From positions 930,001 to 962,000 of the forward strand of contig NC_014729.1 of NCBI RefSeq assembly GCF_000172995.2: a DNA stretch of 32,000 nt. The letters run 5' to 3'. The stretch is from Halogeometricum borinquense DSM 11551. Its GTDB lineage: Archaea; Halobacteriota; Halobacteria; Halobacteriales; Haloferacaceae. Positions 25,262 to 32,000 of this stretch are shown one piece after another. The notes below the pieces were generated by a model. It saw only the letters and a list, made by a program, of their open reading frames with translations. It had not been told where the DNA came from and did not search any database. The position numbers and the translations under genes are program-made. Position 1 is the first letter of the stretch; every line of letters starts with the position of its first letter.

Positions 25262-26098
25262 ATGACACTCAGCGTACTCGTACCGTCCTCCCTCGTCCGA
25301 GAAGCCGAGGACAAACGCGAGGCAACTCGCAAACTCGGCTACGTCGCCCGTGCGGCGACGGTTTTTCGGGCGGACCGACTCATCGTCTTCCCAGATCGGG
25401 AAGGCGAGCGTCGGTGGGGACGGAAGTTCGTCGAGACGGTGTTGCGGTACGCCGTTACGCCACCCTACCTTCGAAAGGAGGTATGGGGGCACCGCGATGA
25501 ACTTGAGTACGTGGGTGTCCTCCCACCCCTGCTCGTTTCGTCTACGACCGGCTCCGAATCAGACGATTCGGGGTCGTTACAACAGGGAATCGTGACCGAG
25601 GTCGGACCTGACGGCCGCGTTCGGGTCAATTGCGGAATGCAACACCCGATCTCCCTCTACACGCCATCGGATATGATGGTGAAAGAGGGGGAGCGCGTCG
25701 CCATCAGGATCTCTTCGCGAGAACCGGTCCGTGCGCGGATTGTGGACGAGCCCGTTCCAGGGTTCGACGTATCCCGCATGGACCTCGAGGAAGCACTCGG
25801 CCGCGCCGATGCGGGCATCACCATCGCTACGTCCCGCTTCGGTGAGTCGCTGACGGTGCCGAAACTGGCGGATCTCTCCCCGCGAATTGAGCGGGAAGGG
25901 GCGACCGTCGTCTTCGGTTCACCCGGTCGTGGGCTTCCAGACATCCTCGGCATCGACGCCGAGGAAGTCACAGTCGAACCCTCCGACGGTCCGGGGTTCG
26001 ACCTCTGGCTCAATACGATTCCGCGACAGGGCAGCGAGGTGGTGCGAACTGAAGAAGCGATGTTCGCCTCCCTTGCGTCCCTGACACTCACGGAGTGA
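25262..26098 (+). CDS. SPOUT-superfamily putative RNA methyltransferase (DUF171 / Methyltrn_RNA_3-like)
   Basis: MTLSVLVPSSLVREAEDKREATRKLGYVARAATVFRADRLIVF... matches the family pattern. It also holds the conserved archaeal position directly upstream of rpl3, 4 nt before the rpl3 ATG. Confidence 0.85.
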   Translation: MTLSVLVPSSLVREAEDKREATRKLGYVARAATVFRADRLIVFPDREGERRWGRKFVETVLRYAVTPPYLRKEVWGHRDELEYVGVLPPLLVSSTTGSESDDSGSLQQGIVTEVGPDGRVRVNCGMQHPISLYTPSDMMVKEGERVAIRISSREPVRARIVDEPVPGFDVSRMDLEEALGRADAGITIATSRFGESLTVPKLADLSPRIEREGATVVFGSPGRGLPDILGIDAEEVTVEPSDGPGFDLWLNTIPRQGSEVVRTEEAMFASLASLTLTE

Positions 26099-26102
26099 AC
26101 AC

Positions 26103-27119
26103 ATGCCACAACCAAGCAGACCACGTAAGGGTTCGATGGCCTACAGCCCGCGCCAGCGTGCGGCAAAAGAGGTCCCGCGCATCCGGTCGTGGCCCGACGA
26201 CGACGGGTCCCCCGGACTGCAGGGCTTCGCTGGCTACAAGGCAGGGATGACCCAAGTGATGATGGTCAACGACGAAGCCAACTCCCCCCGAGAGGGTATG
26301 GAGGAGGCCGTTCCGGTGACCGTCGTCGAAACCCCGCCGATGCGAGCTGTTGCTGTTCGAGCCTACGAAGATACGCCGTACGGTGCGAAGCCGCTGACGG
26401 AAGTGTGGGCGTCGGAGTTCGTCGAGAACCTCGACCGTACCCTCGACCTTCCGTCCGAGGACACGTTTGAGGAAGACGCAGACGACCTCCGCGCCGCCGT
26501 TGAGGCGGGCGAGGTTGACGACATTCGCGTCATCACCCACACCGTCCCGGCTTCGATGAAGAACATCCCGAAGAAGAAACCCGACGTGATGGAGACTCGC
26601 GTCGGTGGTGGCTCCCTGCAGGAGCGTTCGGACTTCGCCCTCGACCTCGTCGAAGAGGGTGGCGAACACTCGATGTCCGACGTGTTCCGCGCAGGCGAGT
26701 ACCTCGACGCCGCAGGCGTCACGAAAGGGAAAGGAACGCAAGGCCCCGTCAAGCGGTGGGGCGTCCAGAAGCGGAAGGGTAAGCACGCCCGTCAGGGCTG
26801 GCGGCGCCGTATCGGTAACCTCGGCCCGTGGAACCCCTCCCGCGTCCGTTCGACCGTTCCGCAACTCGGTCAGACGGGCTACCACCAGCGGACCGAACTC
26901 AACAAGCGCCTCATCGACCTCGGCGATGGCGACGACGCCACCGTCGACGGCGGCTTCGTCGGCTACGGCGAAGTCGATGGTCCATACGCGCTCGTGAAGG
27001 GTTCGCTTCCGGGGCCGGACAAGCGGCTTCTGCGGTTCCGCCCGGCCATCCGGCCGAACGACCAACCGCGCCTCGACCCCGAGGTGCGCTTCGTCTCTAC
27101 CGCATCGAACCAGGGATAA
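26103..27119 (+). CDS. rpl3: 50S ribosomal protein uL3
   Basis: MPQPSRPRKGSMAYSPRQRA...GYKAGMT...KGKGTQGPVKRWG. Confidence 0.97.
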   Translation: MPQPSRPRKGSMAYSPRQRAAKEVPRIRSWPDDDGSPGLQGFAGYKAGMTQVMMVNDEANSPREGMEEAVPVTVVETPPMRAVAVRAYEDTPYGAKPLTEVWASEFVENLDRTLDLPSEDTFEEDADDLRAAVEAGEVDDIRVITHTVPASMKNIPKKKPDVMETRVGGGSLQERSDFALDLVEEGGEHSMSDVFRAGEYLDAAGVTKGKGTQGPVKRWGVQKRKGKHARQGWRRRIGNLGPWNPSRVRSTVPQLGQTGYHQRTELNKRLIDLGDGDDATVDGGFVGYGEVDGPYALVKGSLPGPDKRLLRFRPAIRPNDQPRLDPEVRFVSTASNQG

Positions 27120-27122
27120 ACC

Positions 27123-27869
27123 ATGCAGGCAACAATCCGAGACCTGAACGGCGACGACGCCGGTACGCTCGACCTTCCCGAGGTATTCGAGACGGCCTAC
27201 CGTCCGGACCTCATCAAGCGTGCCGTCCTCGCCGCGCAGGCAAACCGAAAACAGGCGTACGGAGCCGACCCCTACGCGGGGATGCGAACCCCGGCAGAGT
27301 CGCTGGGTAGCGGTCGCGGCATGTCTCACGACCCGCGTGAGAACGGTCGCGCCCGCCGCGTTCCCCACGCTGTCAGCGGTCGTAAGGCACACCCGCCGAA
27401 GGCCGAGAAAGACCAGGGTAAGGAAATCAACAAGAAAGAGCGAAAGCTCGCCGTCCGCTCGGCGCTCGCCGCCACGACGGACGCCGAACTGGTCGCCGAA
27501 CGCGGCCACCGCTTCGACGAGGACCTCGACCTTCCCCTCGTCGTCTCCGACGACTTCGAAGACCTCGTGAAAACGAAGGAAGTCGTCTCGCTCCTCGAAT
27601 CGCTCGGCGTCCACGCTGACGTTGAGCACTCCGAGGACAACAAGAAGGTTCGCGCCGGTCAGGGGAAGGCACGCGGACGCAAGTACAAGCGTCCCAAGTC
27701 CATCCTCTTCGTGACCAGCGAGGAGCCGTCGAAGGCGGCTCGCAACCTCGCAGGCGTCGATGTCGCCACCGCGTCGAACGTCAACGCCGAGGACCTCGCG
27801 CCCGGTACGCACGCCGGTCGCCTGACGATTTTCACTGAGAGCGCAGTTGAGGAGGTGGCCGACCGATGA
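27123..27869 (+). CDS. rpl4: 50S ribosomal protein uL4
   Basis: Position in the operon, plus ...AYGADPYAGMRTPAESLGSGRGMSH.PR... Confidence 0.96.
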   Translation: MQATIRDLNGDDAGTLDLPEVFETAYRPDLIKRAVLAAQANRKQAYGADPYAGMRTPAESLGSGRGMSHDPRENGRARRVPHAVSGRKAHPPKAEKDQGKEINKKERKLAVRSALAATTDAELVAERGHRFDEDLDLPLVVSDDFEDLVKTKEVVSLLESLGVHADVEHSEDNKKVRAGQGKARGRKYKRPKSILFVTSEEPSKAARNLAGVDVATASNVNAEDLAPGTHAGRLTIFTESAVEEVADR

Positions 27870-28117
27870 GCGTCGTCCACCACCCGCTCGTGACCGAGAA
27901 GGCGATGAACGAGATGGACTTCGACAACAAGCTCCAGTTCATCGTCGATCTCGACGCTGCGAAGCCTGAAATCGTCGAAGAGATCGAATCGCGCTACGAA
28001 GTGTCCATCGAGAAGGTGAACACGCAGGTTACGCCGAAGGGCACGAAGAAAGCAACCGTTCGTCTGAGCGAGGACGACGACGCACAGGAAGTCGCCTCTC
28101 GCATCGGAGTGTTCTAA
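27866..28117 (+). CDS. rpl23: 50S ribosomal protein uL23
   Basis: 83 aa starting MSVVHHPLVTEKAM. ATGA overlap with rpl4. Confidence 0.96.
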   Translation: MSVVHHPLVTEKAMNEMDFDNKLQFIVDLDAAKPEIVEEIESRYEVSIEKVNTQVTPKGTKKATVRLSEDDDAQEVASRIGVF

Positions 28118-28119
28118 CA

Positions 28120-28848
28120 ATGGGACGACGAATTCAGGGCCAACGTCGTGGTCGCGGTACGCCCACCTTCCGGGCACCGTCGCACCGCTACAAGGCCGAA
28201 CTCTCGCACAAGAAGGCTGAATCGGAGGATACAGTCTCCGGAACGGTCGTCGACATCGAACACGACCCCGCCCGCAGTGCGCCGGTCGCCGCCGTCGAAT
28301 TCGAAGACGGCGACCAGCGTCTCGTCCTCGCTCCCGAGGGCGTCGCGGTCGGCGACACGATTCAGGTCGGCGTCTCCGCGGAGATCAAACCCGGAAACAC
28401 GCTTCCGCTCGCCGAAATCCCGGAAGGGGTTCCGGTGTGTAACGTCGAACGGCAGGTCGGTGACGGTGGCAAGTTCGCTCGTGCATCCGGTACGAGCGCC
28501 CAGCTTCTCACCCACGACCGGCACGTTGCCGTCGTGAAACTTCCGTCCGGTGAGGTCAAGCGCCTCAACCCGCAGTGCCGCGCTACGATCGGTGTGGTCG
28601 CTGGCGGTGGCCGGACGGAGAAGCCGTTCGTCAAAGCAGGAAAGAAGCACCACAAGATGCGCGCACGCGGTATCAAGTGGCCGCGGGTTCGCGGCGTCGC
28701 CATGAACGCGGTAGATCACCCGTTCGGTGGCGGTGGCCGCCAGCACCCCGGTCGCCCGAAATCCGTCTCGCGTAACGCACCGCCGGGCCGCAAGGTCGGC
28801 GACATCGCCTCAAAGAGCACCGGTCGCGGTGGCAAAGGAGGTAACTAA
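28120..28848 (+). CDS. rpl2: 50S ribosomal protein uL2
   Basis: [26 protein letters not shown]...[11 protein letters not shown]. Confidence 0.97.
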   Translation: MGRRIQGQRRGRGTPTFRAPSHRYKAELSHKKAESEDTVSGTVVDIEHDPARSAPVAAVEFEDGDQRLVLAPEGVAVGDTIQVGVSAEIKPGNTLPLAEIPEGVPVCNVERQVGDGGKFARASGTSAQLLTHDRHVAVVKLPSGEVKRLNPQCRATIGVVAGGGRTEKPFVKAGKKHHKMRARGIKWPRVRGVAMNAVDHPFGGGGRQHPGRPKSVSRNAPPGRKVGDIASKSTGRGGKGGN

Positions 28849-28850
28849 CA

Positions 28851-29276
28851 ATGAGCTCGGAATACCGAACCGGCCGTGAAGGTGAGGAGTTCACCTACCG
28901 CGGCTACACGCTCGACGAGTTGCAGGAGATGGAGCTCGACGAGGTCGTAGAACTGCTCCCCGCACGACAGCGGCGAAGCATCAACCGAGGGCTGACGCTC
29001 CAGAAGGAGAAGCTCCTCGAGACGGTCCGCGAAGCGGACCCCGAGGAGACCGCAAACTCGCCCATCCGAACGCACCTGCGCGACATGCCCATTCTGCCGT
29101 CGTTCGTCGATAAGACGTTCGCCGTCTACAATGGACAGTCGTTCGAGCGCGTTCGTATCCAACCCGAGATGGTCGGACACTATCTCGGCGAGTTCCAGTT
29201 GACCCGTAACTCGGTCGAACACGGGCAGGCCGGTATCGGAGCGACCCGGTCCTCGAAGTTCGTACCGCTCAAATAA
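28851..29276 (+). CDS. rps19: 30S ribosomal protein uS19
   Basis: 141 aa with ...[24 protein letters not shown]. Confidence 0.96.
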   Translation: MSSEYRTGREGEEFTYRGYTLDELQEMELDEVVELLPARQRRSINRGLTLQKEKLLETVREADPEETANSPIRTHLRDMPILPSFVDKTFAVYNGQSFERVRIQPEMVGHYLGEFQLTRNSVEHGQAGIGATRSSKFVPLK

Positions 29277-29279
29277 CCC

Positions 29280-29741
29280 ATGGGAATCAACTACAGCGTC
29301 GAGGCCGATCCGGACACCACCGCCAAGGGGATGCTCCGTGACCGGCCCATCAGCCTGAAGCACAGCAAGGCCATCTCGCGCGAGATCAAGGGCATGACCG
29401 TCGAGGACGCCGAAGAATACCTCGACGCCGTCATCGAGGGCGAGCGTTCCGTTCCGTTCCGCCAGCACAACACCGGTGTCGGGCACCGTTCCGACATCGA
29501 AGGCTGGGACGCGGGCCGCTACCCCGAGAAAGCGTCGAAGGCATTCCTCGAACTCCTGCAGAACGTCGCAGCCAACGCCGACGAGGCAGGGTTCGACGGT
29601 CGATCGATGGAGATCATGCACGTCGCCGCGCACAAGGTCGGAGAACGACCCGGTCGTAAACCCCGAGCGTTCGGGAGTGCAGACCCCTTCAACACCACGC
29701 TCTGTGACGTCGAACTCATCATCGAGGAGGTCGAGGAATAA
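29280..29741 (+). CDS. rpl22: 50S ribosomal protein uL22
   Basis: 153 aa. [32 protein letters not shown] plus operon position. Confidence 0.96.
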   Translation: MGINYSVEADPDTTAKGMLRDRPISLKHSKAISREIKGMTVEDAEEYLDAVIEGERSVPFRQHNTGVGHRSDIEGWDAGRYPEKASKAFLELLQNVAANADEAGFDGRSMEIMHVAAHKVGERPGRKPRAFGSADPFNTTLCDVELIIEEVEE

Positions 29742-30673
29742 TGGCTGACGAACACCAATTCATCGAGAACGGGCTCCAGCGCTCGCAGATCGACGAGTTC
29801 TTCGCAGAGGAACTCGGTCGTGCGGGCTACGGCGGCATGGACGTCGCCAAGACGCCGATGGGCACCCAGATCGTGCTCAAAGCCGAAAAGCCCGGTATGG
29901 TCATCGGCAAAGGCGGGAAGAACATCCGCAAGGTGACCAAGGCACTGGAGACGCGCTTCAACCTCGAAGATCCGCAGATCGACGTGCAGGAGGTCGACGA
30001 ACCCGACCTCAACGCACGCATCGTCGCGGATCGTCTGGCGAACGCACTCGAACGTGGTTGGTACTTCCGCAAAGCGGGCCACACGACCATCGACCGCATC
30101 ATGGACGCTGGCGCACTCGGCGCCGAAATCGTCCTCTCCGGTAAGGTCACGGGTGCCCGCTCGCGCGTGGAGAAATTCAACCGCGGCTACATCAAGCACA
30201 ACGGCGAACCCGCCCAGGAGATTGTCGACGAAGGGCAGGGCGTCGCTGTGATGAAGCTCGGCACCATCGGCGTGACGGTGAAAATCATCCCGCCGGGAGC
30301 CAAGCTTCCCGACGACTTCGAGATCGAAGAGGACGCCGACGTGGAACCGGTCGAGCAGGCCGTCGAATCCGAAGGCGTCGAGGAGCTCCTCGAAGACGAA
30401 CCCGAGGAGATTCCGGACGTCGCCGCGGACCAAGAGGAAGTCGAGGTCCCCGACGAGGAACCCAGCGAAGTCATCGACGAGGAGATCGTCGAGGAAGTCG
30501 TCGAAGAGTCCGGTGACGTTGAGTCGGACGCTGAGACCGACGAGTCCGAAGACGACGAAGAGCCGGCCGACGAAGCTGAACTCGACGAGGAGGTCGAGGC
30601 GGAAGCCGAAGACCTCGTCGCCGAGATGGAAGCGGCCGACGAAGATGAAGACGACGAGGAGACGGAGGAATAA
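29741..30673 (+). CDS. rps3: 30S ribosomal protein uS3 with a long acidic C-terminal tail
   Basis: The KH motif [13 protein letters not shown]. The last roughly 110 aa are almost pure Glu/Asp/Val/Ala, which is usual for haloarchaeal uS3. Confidence 0.96.
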   Translation: MADEHQFIENGLQRSQIDEFFAEELGRAGYGGMDVAKTPMGTQIVLKAEKPGMVIGKGGKNIRKVTKALETRFNLEDPQIDVQEVDEPDLNARIVADRLANALERGWYFRKAGHTTIDRIMDAGALGAEIVLSGKVTGARSRVEKFNRGYIKHNGEPAQEIVDEGQGVAVMKLGTIGVTVKIIPPGAKLPDDFEIEEDADVEPVEQAVESEGVEELLEDEPEEIPDVAADQEEVEVPDEEPSEVIDEEIVEEVVEESGDVESDAETDESEDDEEPADEAELDEEVEAEAEDLVAEMEAADEDEDDEETEE

Positions 30674-30676
30674 CAC

Positions 30677-30889
30677 ATGGCAATCCTCTACACCGCAGAG
30701 ATCCGCGACATGACGCCCGCAGAGCGCGAGGCTGAAGTCGAAGAGCTCGAAACGGAACTCCTCAACGCGAAGGCCGTTCAGGCGGCTGGTGGTGCACCGG
30801 AGAACCCCGGACGCATCAGCGAACTGAAGCGAACCATTGCTCGGATCAAGACGATCCAGCAAGAAGAAGGCGACTTCGATGAGCAGTAG
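30677..30889 (+). CDS. rpl29: 50S ribosomal protein uL29
   Basis: 70 aa. [32 protein letters not shown]. Confidence 0.95.
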   Translation: MAILYTAEIRDMTPAEREAEVEELETELLNAKAVQAAGGAPENPGRISELKRTIARIKTIQQEEGDFDEQ

Positions 30890-30942
30890 CTCATCGGACC
30901 GTCAGACGAAGTCCGACGACTTCGACGACGAATAACGAATCA

Positions 30943-31419
30943 ATGGCACTGACACCCGAGACGCTGACGCGACACGAACTCAACGGCCTCCGAGTGGAGG
31001 TCGTTGACGCCGCTAACCCCGACCTCGTCGGGATAGCTGGCCGTGTCGTCGTCGAGACAATGCAGACGCTCCACGTGGACGTGAGCGACACGTCTAACGG
31101 GGGAACACGGGTCTGTCAGGTGCCCAAGCAGGGTGCAACCCTGCAGTTCGAGATTCCGTCACGGGACACTCGTCCCACACACACAGATGAAGCCGCCGAC
31201 GCCGAGAAGGCGTCGGGGACCACGTCCAAACTTCGGTCGGAAACTGCTGGCGGATTGGAAGCCAGTCAGTCTGGTCGGCCTGCTGAGGATTCCTCAGCGG
31301 CTTCTCGGACATCGTCCGGGAATTGCGAGGGCGTGGCCTACGTTACGGTGGATGGCACACGTCTGCTCTCACGACCCGCCTTGCGAACAGAGAAGGCAGG
31401 TGACACAACATGGCGATAG
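30943..31419 (+). CDS. rnp1: RNase P protein component 1 (Rpp29/Pop4 homologue) with a low-complexity insertion
   Basis: The Sm-like core HELNGLRVEVVDAANPDLVGIAGRVVVETMQTLHV ... AYVTVDGTRLLSRPALR, in the conserved position between rpl29 and rps17. Confidence 0.85.
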   Translation: MALTPETLTRHELNGLRVEVVDAANPDLVGIAGRVVVETMQTLHVDVSDTSNGGTRVCQVPKQGATLQFEIPSRDTRPTHTDEAADAEKASGTTSKLRSETAGGLEASQSGRPAEDSSAASRTSSGNCEGVAYVTVDGTRLLSRPALRTEKAGDTTWR

Positions 31420-31736
31420 GACTGAACGTAGAAGAACCGGAGGAGGCTTGCTCCGACGAGAACTGTCCGTTCCACGGCTCCCTTGCCGTCCGCGGACAGA
31501 CGATCGAAGGCACAGTCGCCTCCACTGACATGGACAAAACCGTCGTTGTGGAACGCGAATACGACGTTCGCGTCCCCAAGTACGACCGCTACATGAAGCG
31601 GCGTAGTCGCATTCCGGCCCACGCACCCCCGTGCATGGACCTCGAGGAAGGCGACACGGTACGTATCGCAGAGACCCGACCGCTGTCGAAGACGAAGGCG
31701 CACGTCGTCGTCGAGACGCTCGGAGGTGAGGAGTGA
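31410..31736 (+). CDS. rps17: 30S ribosomal protein uS17
   Basis: [36 protein letters not shown]...[16 protein letters not shown]. Overlaps rnp1 by 10 nt. Confidence 0.96.
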   Translation: MAIGLNVEEPEEACSDENCPFHGSLAVRGQTIEGTVASTDMDKTVVVEREYDVRVPKYDRYMKRRSRIPAHAPPCMDLEEGDTVRIAETRPLSKTKAHVVVETLGGEE

Positions 31737-32000
31737 TGGAGGCGCTGAAGGCCGACATCACGAAGGGCCTCGCACGAGGCTCGCTCATCACGTGCGCTGA
31801 CAACACTGGCGCACGCCAGCTGAAAGTCATCAGCGTGAAGGGTTACTCAGGAACCAAGAACCGACACCCCAAGGCGGGCATCGGCGACCAGGTCACCGTT
31901 TCGGTGACGAAGGGTACGCCCGAAATGCGCCGCCAAGTGCTCGAAGCCGTCATCGTTCGGCAGCGGAAATCGATCCGCCGACCGGACGGGACGCGCGTGA
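31736..32000 (+). CDS. rpl14: 50S ribosomal protein uL14 (partial; continues past the window end)
   Basis: Manual translation from the ATG at 31736 gives [60 protein letters not shown]... The start overlaps the rps17 stop (TGATG). Confidence 0.93.
   Translation, partial: MEALKADITKGLARGSLITCADNTGARQLKVISVKGYSGTKNRHPKAGIGDQVTVSVTKGTPEMRRQVLEAVIVRQRKSIRRPDGTRV

Noticed and set aside
862-30862. Many long ORFs antisense to, or out of frame with, the called genes, for example 862-2175(-), 5134-6468(+), 8372-9418(-), 10364-11806(-), 19781-20743(+), 26088-27812(-) and 29519-30862(-).
   Set aside because: They are Arg/Gly/Val/Pro-rich with no recognisable motifs, as expected for stop-poor alternative frames in a high-GC genome. 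Each lies opposite or across a gene with unmistakable homology.
30879-30935. An 18-codon ORF ([18 protein letters not shown]) overlapping the end of rpl29 and filling the rpl29-rnp1 spacer. Its DDFDDE end echoes the rpl29 C-terminus GDFDEQ.
   Set aside because: It is too short and too low in complexity to support. Acidic endings are common by chance in this proteome, and there is no independent signal. Ribosome profiling would be needed.
1-32000. A search by eye for CRISPR repeats, IS terminal inverted repeats or transposases, integrases, rRNA, toxin-antitoxin pairs and recognisable defense operons.
   Set aside because: None was found. The only repeats longer than about 20 nt are the tRNA-Gly duplication. 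An exhaustive computational repeat search was not possible here and should be run.

Overview
High-GC, acidic-proteome sequence typical of a haloarchaeal (class Halobacteria, probably Haloferacales-like) main chromosome. Almost all of it is conserved housekeeping. Left to right: a partial isoaspartyl peptidase/asparaginase, icd, a VOC/glyoxalase protein, small zinc-ribbon and membrane proteins, an HTH_10 (Bat-like) regulator and hmgA (HMG-CoA reductase). Then come an amidohydrolase, the nadA-nadB-nadC operon, pyrF, two tiny Cys-rich proteins, a membrane J-domain protein and a GTPBP1-family GTPase. After those: a GIY-YIG-like orphan, a HAD hydrolase, a small Tat-lipoprotein in an AT-richer pocket, an M48 protease, mch plus a coupled unknown gene, an MTH1187/YkoF-family protein and a YihY/BrkB membrane protein. 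The right end holds a UbiA-prenyltransferase/lycopene-cyclase-domain fusion, two identical tRNA-Gly(GCC) genes bracketing a halocyanin gene, and the start of the large ribosomal protein cluster (SPOUT/DUF171 gene, uL3-uL4-uL23-uL2-uS19-uL22-uS3-uL29-Rpp29-uS17-uL14). I found no CRISPR array, IS element, integrase or rRNA, and no convincing multi-gene novel system. The best candidates for a second look are: (i) the orphan GIY-YIG-like protein with an unusual C-terminal module and its structured 247-nt upstream region; (ii) the perfect 105-nt tRNA-Gly+trailer duplication flanking a single halocyanin gene; (iii) the UbiA/lycopene-cyclase-domain fusion lying away from any carotenoid genes; (iv) the AT-rich nadA upstream region with two related boxes exactly 120 bp apart. 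All functional calls come from motif recognition by eye. No database search was run.
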